DNA of 64,000 nt, taken from NCBI GenBank assembly GCA_964035545.1, contig OZ037765.1:30751504-30815503 (forward strand), in the 5' to 3' direction. Position numbers and translations under genes: made by a program. Source of the stretch: Bugula neritina (lineage: Eukaryota; Animalia; Bryozoa). The notes below the pieces were generated by a model. It saw only the letters and a program-made list of their open reading frames with translations, was not told the DNA's origin and searched no databases. Position 1 is the stretch's first letter. Each line of letters begins with the position of its first letter. Positions 1 through 12,707 of the stretch are shown in pieces.

Positions 1-2
1 TA

Positions 3-86
3 TTCGGATTGGTCATCGTTCAGTCTATCATGGACGATGCTGCTCCAGCCGCTACACCCATCTCCAATGTTACAATATGTACTTAG
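3..86 (+). CDS. Possible last coding exon of a gene entering from the left edge (FGLVIVQSIMDDAAPAATPISNVTICT*)
   Basis: GC-richer open stretch at the window start ending in TAG at 84-86, followed by AT-rich UTR-like DNA and AATAAA near 425. All three frames are briefly open, so the frame is a guess. Confidence 0.3.
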   Translation, partial: FGLVIVQSIMDDAAPAATPISNVTICT

Positions 87-564
87 TTTGAACAATCATC
101 TTCTAAATTCTATAATTTTTGATACCTTTCCATTTTTGGTGCTCAAATTTTTGTATCATTTTTAATGAGCAAATTTGTAATTTTTAAATTTTATTTGCTT
201 TTATACAAATAACAGATATACTTTTATGCTAAATCCTTTTCAATAACAATTTTAATTTCTGATTTATATAATAATTTATTCTACAAGTTTCAACTTGAAA
301 CTTAGAATTAAAGAATTATAAACTACTGTGTAAAATGCTCAACTATATTATTTACAATGTTAGCACTTGACAGCATAAAAATATATTATATATATTAAAT
401 TTTATAAAAATTATAAATTGTGGAAATAAATAGGCCTTCTCTGAGCATAATTAAATGTTTTGGAACTAAAAGGTGTCTGTAAACAGTATTTCATTTATTG
501 CCCACTTCCAACCTAATCTAGCCCATTTGACTGTGAATTATAACCTTGCTAGTACCCAGAGACA

Positions 565-3500
565 TCATTTTTTTAGACTCAAACCCAGTATTAGTGCAAT
601 GACTCCCCCGACTACCACCAGTATTATAGCCAGGATACACAGCTTCTTTCTGTAGGATTTCTACAAATGCAGATTTATAACAAGATAACACAATTCAGAA
701 TGCTGATAACTCGTAGCATAGGAAACTTGAAATTAGTACAGTGCTCCCTCCGTATCTCACAGAGCTACAGGTCCTGAAACCTCAATTTGTGACAGTAGAA
801 TACCAGATTTAGCTTATGGATCCGTTAAACTCGCCCATTGTTTCCCTATACACACATACATAAGCCACAAAACGGTGGGGGGGTGGGTGGGGTTCAAGCC
901 CTTTACGTAACCTATGGAATTTCTGTATCCATGAGATATAGAGGGAGCACCATGAAGGATGAAGATATTTATTTTACTGGCATCTTCTAACACAATGAAT
1001 TACAAATTCAAATTAGTTTACATATGAATTTTCTACACTGAAAGCTACACAATATTGACCACAAAATTAAGAATGAGCAACTTTCTTCAAATGTTTCAAC
1101 GTCCATTGATATCAAGAAATTAAATGAAATAATTTAAAGTTGGGCAGCTGTGCTACAATTCCCTAACTGTATCATTATACAGGGGATAACTGAAATTGAC
1201 AGAAACAGACTTTAATTATGCATCAGTCACATTTAAATTAGAATAGATGGTCGTCATTACCAAACTAAGATGTTGCAACAATGAGCCCGGTGTGTTATGA
1301 AGTGTCTATAAAGATTTATTAAGCTCAGCACATCCTAATTTAGTAGTCAGTCAGTCTACATGATAAGAAGAATATTGGACTCAATTTAATTCTGTCTATC
1401 CCACCCAATACTATACCTGGTATGTTGCTGCCTTCTCTAGCTGAACGTTGCCTTTCGACACATTATCAGCGGCCTGCACTATATTTGCTTCTATATCATC
1501 TTAAAATAGAAATATCTTCCATTGCAACACGTATAGTCTATCAAGCTGCAATAATATTTCTCAGCACATTTATCTTAGTTCATACAATGTTACTATAAAT
1601 ACTCGATGTTTTTTTATGAAACAATTCTATAGGCTCTGCAAGTTATTTTCATCAATTCCCGGTGAAAAACTGTTTGCAGGAAAATTTTGCAACACCGAAA
1701 CACAAAAAGCTGACATAAGAAGCAAGTCAACTCTTACGTACCTATTTGTTCTCCCTGTTCCACTACCATCGTCCCCAACTCTCTAAATATGTCATTTACA
1801 TTCAGCACATCTGCCTGACGGTATAATAAATAAACTCAATTATCATGGAGTGATAAAATTATTATAGTTTAACACAAGTTTATATCCTATAATCTAGTAA
1901 AAACGCAGGGATAAAATTGCTTCAGCCTCAAGACCAATGTGATTCCAATTCATTGAAATTACTTGATTTTCAATTCGAGAAATTATATAGTTTAATAAGC
2001 AAACCTCTAACTGTCTCATTCTTTCCTCTCTTTCTCTGGCTAAATCAAACTCATCTTCTACTAACCGCTGCTCTTGAAAGAGTTGTTCTCTCCTTTGAGT
2101 CTGCGCTAACAGTTGGGAGTCATCTGACCACATTTCTGGTTCCTAAACGCCAAGATATTATGTAAAGAGGAATAATAAACTGAAGACAGACAGACAACAT
2201 AATGACATCCACCAGCAGGCAACTATTGTAAAAGCTACATGATTAGTTGTATTTGATTTTAATGGGATCAACATCTACCAACCTATAGAGTGTCAACCAT
2301 GCATAATTGATAAATCCTAATTCAACTATTCATACAAACTGCTACGGGCTATATAATTAGAGAACACAGGCTAGATATTATAACAGGATTATAGACCTGT
2401 TTACTATTGCATTGTTGAAAGACAGTCTGAAGTTGCAGGTAAAATCAATAGCATTTCTAGCTGCATCACATGTGAACTTGTACAGTATATCAGTTGAGTT
2501 ATTCATATCATAAGTATAGTACAAATAGTCACTAACCTGATCTACACTCTGTGTACGCACTCTCAGTGACTCTCCTTTCAATTGATTTTTCACTCTCTGA
2601 AACCAAAACAGATAGCATTAATGTCTAGTTACTGGAGCATGTAACACAACATGCTGTAACTGAACAAAAATTGACATATAATGAGAAGTTGTCTGTCCTG
2701 TTATTAAATGGTTTAATTTATACCCAGTCACTAGTATGAATTACACAAACACAGATATGCAAGATGGCCAGACAAGAAACAATTAAAAGTAAAATTTTAA
2801 CGAGCTTTGCTTTTAAGAACAAGTTGCAGGGTAATAATAATTCTGCAGGGTTTGCTAAAATACACCACCAGTTATAATATTCAAATTAAATATATGCTAT
2901 AATGTTATAATAGCATCATTAAATAATAGAATATTATATAATCCATATGATGATACATATAATAGGACTATATATACATATGCATTATATTGTGTGTATC
3001 ATTACACACATGGACAAATAAATGATTATCTAACAAACCTGCTGAATAGAGGAGTATCTATGTAATGCTGATTTGAAGCTAGTTTTTAATCTCTCCACAT
3101 GCAGCCTCTTTTGCTGTAAAGAAACAAATTTATTTCGTGAGCTATTGAAAAATTTCATAGCAATAAGTTTGAGATGACTGTCAGTGATAAAATAAACTTT
3201 AGTATCAACAGTTGATTAATGAAAATGGCAACTGTGCAAGTAATACGTGACTGAAGGACACATCTTACTCTATCACCCCGGCCAGCATTCCTTTGTAGAG
3301 TCTGTATCATCTCTGATATCTGCGTGGCTATACCGTTTGTCTCGGCTTGTATTTCATGCCTTAAATAAAAAATTAATATTCCAGCGACTACGTGTTTGCG
3401 TAAAATAAAACCCAAAGTTAGAAATATTATTTATAGCAGTGAATTCTATACGACACCGTTGCATATTTTTATGGAATTAGTTTGTCACACATAAGTTGAA

Positions 3501-4091
3501 AATTTAAAATCGCCATGAAACTTGAACATACAGTTTGTCCCTCAGTTCTGGGCCATCATCTGACGTGCCAATTTTCCGAGCTTGTCGTTCCAATGCTGAA
3601 GCTACAATTCGCTTAAAATGAATAATTTCAGATCAGAAAACAAAAAATATGTTATTGAAAAAAAAGGGGAAAATAATTGTGGCGTCAACTATTGATTATT
3701 GTAAAAATAAAGCCAGGAGCAAAATATATTCAGGCCTGTGTTAAATGTTCACACTTCTTTGAAAGGAAAAACACTAAATATCATCAAACAAAAACTACAC
3801 TATTCTCACCATTATTATTGACTTTAAAAATGTGCTTTCCAATCTTTTCAGAAAGATTATCTTGTGAGCCTCCTACAATAGCAATCATACTTTAATTAAA
3901 ACAATTTTAATAGATTAATATCAAATAAGCAAAAGCAACATATAGATGCTATAAGTTAAAGCAAACCTACAAAAGTATATTGCAGATTGATAGACAGTTT
4001 TCTAGATCACGTTTAGGTACATACCATCTCTTCTCATTGCACCGTATGAAGAATGAGATCCAGAGATTGGTTGCCGAGAGTCACTCGCCAT
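565..4091 (-). CDS. Endosomal Qa-SNARE, syntaxin-7/12/TSNARE1 group, 271 aa, 10 coding exons
   Basis: Exons 4091-4025, 3872-3810, 3601-3532, 3359-3269, 3113-3039, 2596-2537, 2142-2005, 1814-1742, 1499-1417, 660-565; all GT-AG with matching phases (816 nt). Habc region IFKVNNNASALERQARKIGTSDDGPELRDKLHEIQAETN...VERLKTSF; SNARE motif REERMRQLEADVLNVNDIFRELGTMVVEQGEQIDDIEANI with 0-layer Q; C-terminal TM LCILAIILVVVGGVIALILGL. An acceptor 4 nt upstream of the ATG implies an extra 5'UTR exon. Confidence 0.92.
739..952. mobile_element. MITE, Tc1/mariner (pogo/Tigger-like) type, in the last syntaxin intron
   Basis: Left end TA|CAGTGCTCCCTCCGTATCTCA; right end TGAGATATAGAGGGAGCAC (reverse complement GTGCTCCCTCTATATCTCA). 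The right terminal bases are eroded. Confidence 0.7.
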
Positions 4092-4559
4092 GGTACTAGA
4101 AATATTGCATTCTCATTATGTAGAGTATATACATTTAAAGATAATAGTAAATTTATATTCATTAGCTTTAATATATTTATACAACAAGTTAAATTTGAGC
4201 ACCAAACTATAATAGCTCATTGAAACGAAAGTAGTTTCTTATACATACATTCACGGGCTTTGAAATAACAAGTAGCTATATATGTATATTGAATTTTTAT
4301 CATTTTTGAAAAATTCTAGCCAAAAAATATATTTCTCAAAGCTGTTGATTAAAAAACTAACTCAATATCTGCACGCTTAGTCACTAAATTGTTGCAAATT
4401 ATTTATGTAAGCAAATAAACCTGATTTCAATTAAGTATATGAAATCAAAAATGCTTTTTTTTGCAGTTAGGTGCAGAAATGGAGATTTTGACCAAAAAAT
4501 TCCCCCCTGAATAGTATACTGTTGAAAGTTTTTGGCTTGTGTTAGATGGGCCCTACCAA

Positions 4560-4950
4560 CATATTAGCACTATAATTGTGATCATCATAGTACTAGTGAC
4601 AATGACTAATCCCTTAGAGTAAGGCTAATGATAGTAATGAGTAACGACTTATACTTAATTATAATGCTAAAACATTAACTATGACTATAAAGTATAAGTC
4701 TAAGTATAAAGTATGCGTATGGCTATGAGTATCACTATCACTATGACTATAACTCAGTATAAGTCATACTGATACTAAATGCTAAGTGGTAAGTATAACT
4801 ATTACATTTACTATAACTATAAGTATAAATATTACTAATACTTGTAGCTAAACTTAATGTTATACTATTACTCTAAGTCTATCACTATGAGTATGAGTAT
4901 GAGTATCAGTATGACTATGACATTGACTCAAACTCAAAGTGATTGACAAT
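4560..4950. repeat. Cryptic period-3/6 low-complexity tract (ACT/AGT alternating with ATG/ATC/ATA)
   Basis: For example actatgagtatgagtatgagtatcagtatgactatga near 4884-4920. Confidence 0.8.
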
Positions 4951-5109
4951 GGGATTAAGGAGGAGTTTATATATTTGGTTTTAAAGCTTTGCATTGTGAG
5001 ACAGCATAATTTTAAAAAGTAATTTTGTCTAACATCAAAATAAAAATAATTTAGTAATATAAATATGCACCGTAAAACTAAAAATATTATTTTTACTTCA
5101 TTTGATGAT

Positions 5110-5316
5110 CAGTGGGAAGAATGCTATTCGGAGCTTATAAGCGCATGTAGGCGTGTCTTATTACTAGCAAAATACAAACCTTCAACTCCAGACCCAAGAG
5201 TCCAATAAAAACGCAGATTCGACCCATCCGACCTCCCACTAACAATTTTCTGGATCATATGGCTCGCACGTGACTTAGAAAAACAGCTTCCTGGCGATAC
5301 CACTACGACTAGTAAG
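5110..5316. promoter_or_regulatory. Probable bidirectional promoter and non-coding first exon shared by the syntaxin (-) and the 3-TM gene (+)
   Basis: CpG-containing island in AT-rich DNA between two divergent genes whose ATG exons both have upstream acceptors. Contains GCGCATG (NRF1-like half site, ~5141), CCAAT (~5202), CACGTGAC (5267-5274) and a + strand GTAAGT donor (~5312). Confidence 0.6.
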
Positions 5317-5479
5317 TTTGAAGTTGTACTTGTTAATAAACGATATCAACTGAAAACAATTTTATTTTTATTATTACTTTAAAACTTTATTACGTTAAGT
5401 AGAAAATAGATTAAAATTTTAAACGCGATTATTTTTATTGTTTGAAGGCAGTTTAGTTTTAGTTTGAACCATGAAGGCA

Positions 5480-5990
5480 TAATGATTATATTTATAATAA
5501 TCTCATTATAATTATTACTGATAGTGATTGACTGATAGTGATAGTGATTATCATTGACGTTATCATTATCATTATGATTATCATTTGATTATGACGCAAT
5601 AATTATCATTATCATTATGATAAACTTAAAGTGATGTATCATTATTATTATTAATCATAATTATAAGCATATTGATTACATTCACTCACAAAAATAATAT
5701 AGATGTTATTAATAAATTACTTAATTAGATTTAGTAACTACTAGTACTAATTAAATTTACTCATTCATTATTTAATCGTATTAATATTATTATTACTATT
5801 GCCATTGGTATTAGCAGTTGTGCAAACTAAAACTTGAAGAATGAACTATAATAATAATATTAGTATTACTAAATTTTAAAGCCGATTATAATATGAAAAA
5901 TGACTGTAAGTTAGAGTATAAGTATAAGATTTGGTATAAATATAACTATAAGAAAGGAAGTATAACTTTTACAACTATAAGTATTAATAT
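5480..5990. repeat. Cryptic period-3/6 low-complexity tract
   Basis: Degenerate ATT/ATC/ATG/AGT triplet runs (attatcattatcattatg, agtataagtataag). Confidence 0.7.
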
Positions 5991-6575
5991 ATGTATAGGT
6001 ATTTTAATTTATTTCTAGCAGCAGCATGAGCACTAGCTATAATTCTCACTATGATTTTGATTCTCGAACTATAACTGTTGCTGAAGTATGTTTTCTTTCT
6101 CTCTTTTTGCCAGGACAACATAAACATACTTAAGACTGTGTTGCTAGTGAGTTTCAAATTCAATAAAATTTCATTTATTTTCTTATTCATTCAAACTAGG
6201 TGATATCGTGTTTAAAAAACCCATCAACGTTCTGCCAAGCTAGGCTCTCTAACTGTATCAAGCCATGCAGTTTTATTAAGATGATGAAAAATATGATTGT
6301 TTATTTTTTTTTAGTTTGTAAGCCTCTAAAACTGTAATGGCAATGCACAATTTGTAATGCCTTATAAGGCTGATATGCTTCATAAAAATTAGCAGTTATT
6401 TACATGTATGTGTTTGCTAAAATAAAACATTTTTAACTGATCAATAGTTTTGCAAATCACTTGATTATGCCATCACCACTTGTGAAATCTTAGGCATATA
6501 ATGGTACATATGTGTACATTTCATCTATATTATTTTAGCTTGCAGTATGAAATGAATTGAAAACACTTCTGCAAC

Positions 6576-7952
6576 ATGGATGAAAAAACTCCAATAGTAT
6601 CTGGTAGATCATCATCTGATACAGAAGATTCCCAAGCTATCTATCATGGGGAGGGGCAGTCTCGTAGTCAGGTGAATCACAGGCTACATTTATTATCTTA
6701 AGACATGCTTGTTTATCTTATGAAAATATAAGGATAAATACTTATTGTTTTACATTCAATAACTGACCAGCATACTGAAATTATATTTTGTTGTTTTTCA
6801 TGTCATCTTGGTTTTGTTTCAGAAAGTTGGCCAGATTATCTGCATGATAATAGTTGTCTTAGCTTCGTTGGTGAGTTTCTACCACACCTATGACTCATAT
6901 CATTGACTAAGAGTCATATTTATATCCAAGATTATGAGTCATAGCATATACTTACATAAGATGTTGTCACTTAATGTAGTCAAAATTGTAACCTAGAAGG
7001 CATTAAAAGTGTTGAAAGTAACTTTAGTGTTTGTAAACAAAAAGTGATTTACAAATTTAATCAAGTTATAAAATATGGATGAACACTCTTGTTGGAATAT
7101 ATTATGTGAATACATAAATACTAGTTGTATTTTTGTATCATGAAACAACCATACACATGGCACTGTATTCTCTGGCAAGATTGCTTTTTACAGGTGTGTC
7201 TGGGACTATGTATACGTGGTGGTATATTGAAGCAGAGTACTCATATTGCTTTCTTATATTTCATGTTTGCTCTGACTGTAGCCGGTGTTGCGGCGGTACA
7301 CATTATTATGGTGAGGCCATTATAAATTTGTTTATCGTTCTATTTTCCAATTGCACACAGCATCAGTTGGTACCCCCCTCCCCCCCTCCCCTATCCACAA
7401 TATTCATATATGATGTGCGCCAAAGCTTTTTCTTCTTATTTTAGACTATATAAATATCAGCATTATATTATCCATATTAGATGTGCACTAATTCCCCATG
7501 AGCTCAGTGCTCTGAAGTCTTTTTGTTTTGAACTGTTGAAATATAAACAAGCGGTTTTCAGGTTTCAGTGACTAAAGTTTAAACATCTAAACAACTTGGT
7601 GTGCATATTGAGTGTATACGCATTGCGCGACATTTATGCGCCATGAAATTATGTAAAATAGTTATTGTTATATGCTGTAGTTTTATTTCCCAGCTTCTAC
7701 AAAGTTAAAAAAAATTATCTAGAAGTCTTTAGCCTTCAGTTTTCTTCATATGGACAGTTTGGTTGTTGCTATGGTTGCCATTCTGTATAATATATTGTCT
7801 TATATATATATATGGTTCATATTTTACAGGTGATATTCATGAAAAAAAATTACATATCTGAAGAGAAAATATGGTTTGCTTATGTGTCAGGATTTTTTGT
7901 AGTTGTACAATCTGTCTTTATAGATATTATCGTGTTGTCTAAGGGTCTATAG
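6576..7952 (+). CDS. Small three-TM membrane protein, 127 aa, weakly TMEM243-like
   Basis: Exons 6576-6671, 6823-6870, 7194-7310, 7830-7952; all phase 0 and GT-AG. Sequence MDEKTPIVSGRSSSDTEDSQAIYHGEGQSRSQ-KVGQIICMIIVVLASL-VCLGLCIRGGILKQSTHIAFLYFMFALTVAGVAAVHIIM-VIFMKKNYISEEKIWFAYVSGFFVVVQSVFIDIIVLSKGL*. The gene model is solid; the family call rests on size and topology only. Confidence 0.8.
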
Positions 7953-8890
7953 GCATATTATGCTCTTATATATCTAAGTTTTTAATTGAAACATTAAGCC
8001 AGCAGTTTAAAGGAACTCTTATCAGATCCAGAGGCATTGTTTTTGTATATAAAAGTATTTTATTTCGCTATTAAATCTCTAGTGTAAATGCATCTTCAAA
8101 TGTAAACACTGGTTACGAGCTGCTTTTTACATTTTCATGTTGTTGTATTCACTTACAAAACCAACAGGATTTTTCAATTGTAGTATTATGTATTGAGTTA
8201 GCTATTAGCATTAAACATTTATAACTATTTATATATGTTTTTATATTTTTATAATTTGAATTGTAATAATCATGGCTGTAATTTTTATATGCATCCTTGT
8301 AAATAACTGAATCAATTTTTTTGTAAACAAATGTAATTTTTCCTTTAAAAAGTACATTTCTAAAATTGTTTCTGCTAAAACATAATCTTTTAGGCTCATT
8401 TGTTTCACTCATTGCTGCATGTGGATACAATTGAGTTTGGATTAATTTTGGTTTAGTAGGTTTCATGGCTATGAAAATTGAATTTGTGCCAAAATAAATT
8501 GGCTGAAGTTGAAAATACTCTTATTTGCTGTTATAATTCTTGAAAGCAGGTTGATGTAATTCTAAGCTGTTTGTGTATAGCCACCGCAAGGCATGGAGTT
8601 TGTTTATTATGCTACACAATACTCTGAACAATAGTGTCTAGACAACTAGAACTCTGTATGTGTACATATGGGTCATATTATTAGCAAGTATTTGATTATT
8701 GCAAACTATATAAATGGTCACCAAGTCAAAATAATAATCCTGTTATGTTTAATTTATTGTAAAATCGTTTGTCTTATTGGAGTTTTCTGTCCGTAGGTAT
8801 CTAATCTATAGAAGCTGCAACTCCAAAGTAAATACAGATTTTCATTTTCTAAATCTAGTGGACTTTGGCTAGGGTGTAAAGTTTGAATTG

Positions 8891-8997
8891 TTCCATAAGC
8901 AACTTCGAGTTGAGGGTGACTGGGGGCAGCAGTTTGCCTTTCTCGAGTCTCCAAGCTACTGCCCTCATTCACTACCAACTTGAAGCTGCTTATAGAG
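8891..8997. mobile_element. Foldback (palindromic) MITE, copy 1 of 3
   Basis: Arms TTCCATAAGCAACTTCGAGTTGAGGGTGACTG...CACTACCAACTTGAAGCTGCTTATAGA around a central CTCGAG. Related arms occur at 46336 and 48844. Confidence 0.75.
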
Positions 8998-9199
8998 CTA
9001 TTCGTAAAATATTTGCCAATGTTGTTTTTATCGAGTTATCCTACCTCAGAATACTTCACGTCTATGACACAATTAATATTTTTTTAGAGATGTGATAGCC
9101 TTCGCTCTCTATAGAATAAATGTGTCATTATGTATACATTAACTTTATTCAGCAGTTTTAAAAAAATCCAAGGCTGTTACATTTTAGTCATTGATGATT

Positions 9200-11010
9200 T
9201 TTTAGAATCATACTCATACACTCACACTGATCCAGTCATACTCATACTGAAAGACTTGATGAATATCTTTGTAGAAGCAGTATACTAGTAATAAGACTTT
9301 AGTGACTACAGTAAAGTTTCACTTTAGTCTTTACTGATTTTTGGGATGTTTCGAGGTCGCACTCACTAGTCACTAGTACTACTAGTACTACACTACTACT
9401 ACTAGTACTACCAGTAGTAGTAGTACTAGTACCTGGTCTTGTAGAGTGTAGTGAGCCTGTACTGTAGTACTAGTAGTAGTACTAGTACTAGTAAGACTAA
9501 GTAGTAAGTACTCTATACTATTACTATTAGTATTACTAGTGACGCTGACAGTCACAGTGACAGTGTCTAGTAGTAATACTAGTAGTAACTAACTGAGTGG
9601 TCATAATGATACTGATAGTCGTACTGATCGTCATGTCGATACTGATAGTGATACTGACACTGATAGCCCGTGATACTCATGATAGGACTAGGGGTATCAG
9701 TGTGGGTATGAGATTCAGATTCTATTTACTATCACTATTTATATTAGTATTTAGTATGACTATCACTATGAGTATCACTAATCACTGACACTATGAGTAT
9801 CATAGTGATAATCACGGTCATAAATATCAGTATGAGTATAATTATCACTATGAAATAATGATGGCTATGACTTAATAAAGGTTTAGGTTACTCAGTTTCA
9901 CTTGGCACTGTAGCCATTGGCTATGCTTACAGTTACTGAGAGTGAGTACAGAGTACCAGTAGATGTAGTTGGTTGTACTAGTACTCTTACTGATACTGGG
10001 TACTGTGAGTCATAATGTGTCTAGTAATACTCATAAGTCATACTGATCAGTGATTAATTTACAGTTAGTGTCGCTCTTAGTCTTACTATTAGTCTTACTC
10101 TTATTCTTATAGTTCATGTTAGAGACATTGACATAGTTAGATTAGGACAGCTAAAATAATAATACCGACCATAGATGGCACAGATGAACTCATGATGGTG
10201 ATGATGCACTCATACTGATATTCATGTTTATACTACCTACTAAGTATAAGTCGTATGGTAATAGTATTAGTAGTATTAAGTTTAATAAAACTAAAAATGA
10301 AATTCAAACTTGAAGTTATTAGCTGATACATAAACTTGGAATTATTAGCATTACTATAGGTTAAAGTATAACTATTAGTTTTGCTAATACTAACAGTATT
10401 AGTATTACTGATGTGTAACAGTAATACCAATACTAATAGGCATAATCATAATGATTACAATAGTTGTAGTCGTTATAAAATTAAATATTTTTTGAGTAAT
10501 TATTGTGATGATAGATTTTAGTGTTAATGATACCAATGCTGGTAGTAATACTAATGGTAATAATTAATATTATAGTTAATGATTTATACTTACTCTGGGA
10601 GTTTAAGTTAAGCTTACTTTCAGTTTTATACTTCAACTATAATTATACTCACACCCAATAACCATAATAATAATTATGATGCTAGTTATCATGATGATTG
10701 TGCTGATTTTAAATAATAATACTAATGTTAGTCATAGTAAAATTGATAGTAAAAGTGGTACTTGTAGTGATGCCAAAGCAGGGATAGCTGTAAGTGATAG
10801 TAATAGTATTATTTTGACTTTTAGTCATAATTACTGGTGGGCTTGTTGTAGGATACTGATACTTTTCATGATAGTCATGTTTCATATTATACCACTATTT
10901 GACTTTAGCAGAAATATGAAGTACAACATAGGGATAAATCATTTGAATATGAATGCGATTTTTGATAACTATAATAACACTCACTCACACTGGGACAATA
11001 GTATAACTTA
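9200..11010. repeat. Long cryptic period-3/6 low-complexity region upstream of the PSD coding exons
   Basis: ACTAGT/AGTACT/ACTGAT/AGTGAT mosaics, densest at 9360-9870. Confidence 0.8.
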
Positions 11011-12707
11011 ACTAGTCTTAGTGAACTGCATTAAGCGAGTTGCTTTATTAAGTAAGACTAAGATTAACTGTAGAGTGTAAAAGTTAGTTTTACTGTAAGT
11101 TAGTGAGTGCATCTATAAGTTGCTGGAAATTGCTAATAACTTTACTCTATCAATTTCAATTTGCTTTTTTATTCTCTTCAATATAAATGTAGCTACTTTG
11201 TCTTGAAGTTTTAATGGTACAAACAGATGCTAGCAGGGCACTATCAAATTGTTATTTGGCATCAACTTGTAGCTTAACAAATGCTATTATTCTAAAATTG
11301 AGTTGTTGATAACAATTATAGCTAAATACTTTATTATATGTTTTTACACTGTCAACTATAAGTATCATTATTATTTTATGTCATACGACAAGCCACACTA
11401 AAATGCAATATAATTAGGCCTATGCTTATCACAAAACTGAATATAATCAGATGACAATTGGTATTATAAATTGTAGTTGTTCATTTAACAAAGTTATACC
11501 ATATTTTCTTAAAATTTATTGATAATATAATTAATTATTTCAATATATGATAATAAATGGTTAGCAGATTTTGTAGATGGAATAAATTGAGGTTTGATTT
11601 TTATACTAAATGATATTTTTACTTTAACCCCCAAAACATTCATTATTCTTATCTAGATTTAAATGTGAGGTTTGTTTTTTTAATTTTTAAACTCTTATAT
11701 GTCACAAAGTTAACCGAAGTTCTTATTCCGTCCCCACTGTTACTCATAGTAAATGAATACTTCTTAGTAGCTGGTATAGTAGGAACACTGGTTAAGTTTA
11801 GATTACATGTAACACTTTCAGTGCGGTATAATGTCTATTCATAATGATAATCTATCAAATGAAGCTTTTCCTGATGCAAACAATTGTATTGTTAGTATTT
11901 AATTGAGATTAGCCTTGTATTATAGTTTAATGTTTAGAGATACAATTAAATGCTGGTTAGATGTGAATTCAGTTTTCTGTGGTGGCTGCTACAATTTTCC
12001 CCAAGGGTCTGCATTGGTTGTACCTTAAAAGTTGAAATTAAAATTCAAATGTATGAGGCTGGAATTATGTTGTCCGACACACAATTTTCAAGACTTGAAA
12101 TTTACGAGTTTAGATTCAGTCATTGTACCAGCTCTTTTTTATGAGTTTAGTGAATTTTTTGTATGCATAGTCAAACTTGAGCAGGACAATGTAAGTGCTA
12201 TTAATCAGCCTACTCATAATCTGTGAATTGTTTTACAAGTGACTTATTGATTTAGAATGTACACACTTGTTGAAACTTCCAAGGAACATGCTGTGTAAAC
12301 TCATATGTTTCTGAATAGACTACCAACTTATCATCACGGCCATCTTTTCATTAATAAACACGCCTATAGAAACTGTGGAATAGTTTTCTTAGCCAGCTGC
12401 TTGCGTAATCTGTCTTCTGTTGCAAGAAACATGGTGTCGCACCAATACAGTCTGCGATTGAGATCCTTTTAGCATAATACTTTAATCAATAGTTGATCCC
12501 GTGGTGATTTGATAATTGTTCTTGGTATTTTAGTGTGTCTATTCTATTTACACGACAATATAAATAATATATATTTTTATTTGCCATTCACGGTAGTAGC
12601 TATTCCATGTAAAGAACCAGCGTGATACAAGTCAGTGTATACTTGGTAGGTCTATGTTTAGCTTAAGATGTTGAAATAATGTGTTTCTATATATAGGTGT
12701 ATATGTA

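Noticed and set aside
9597-11011. Hydrophobic ORFs 9597-9788, 10233-10430 and 10676-11011
   Set aside because: Translations of period-3 low-complexity DNA with no splice or family support.
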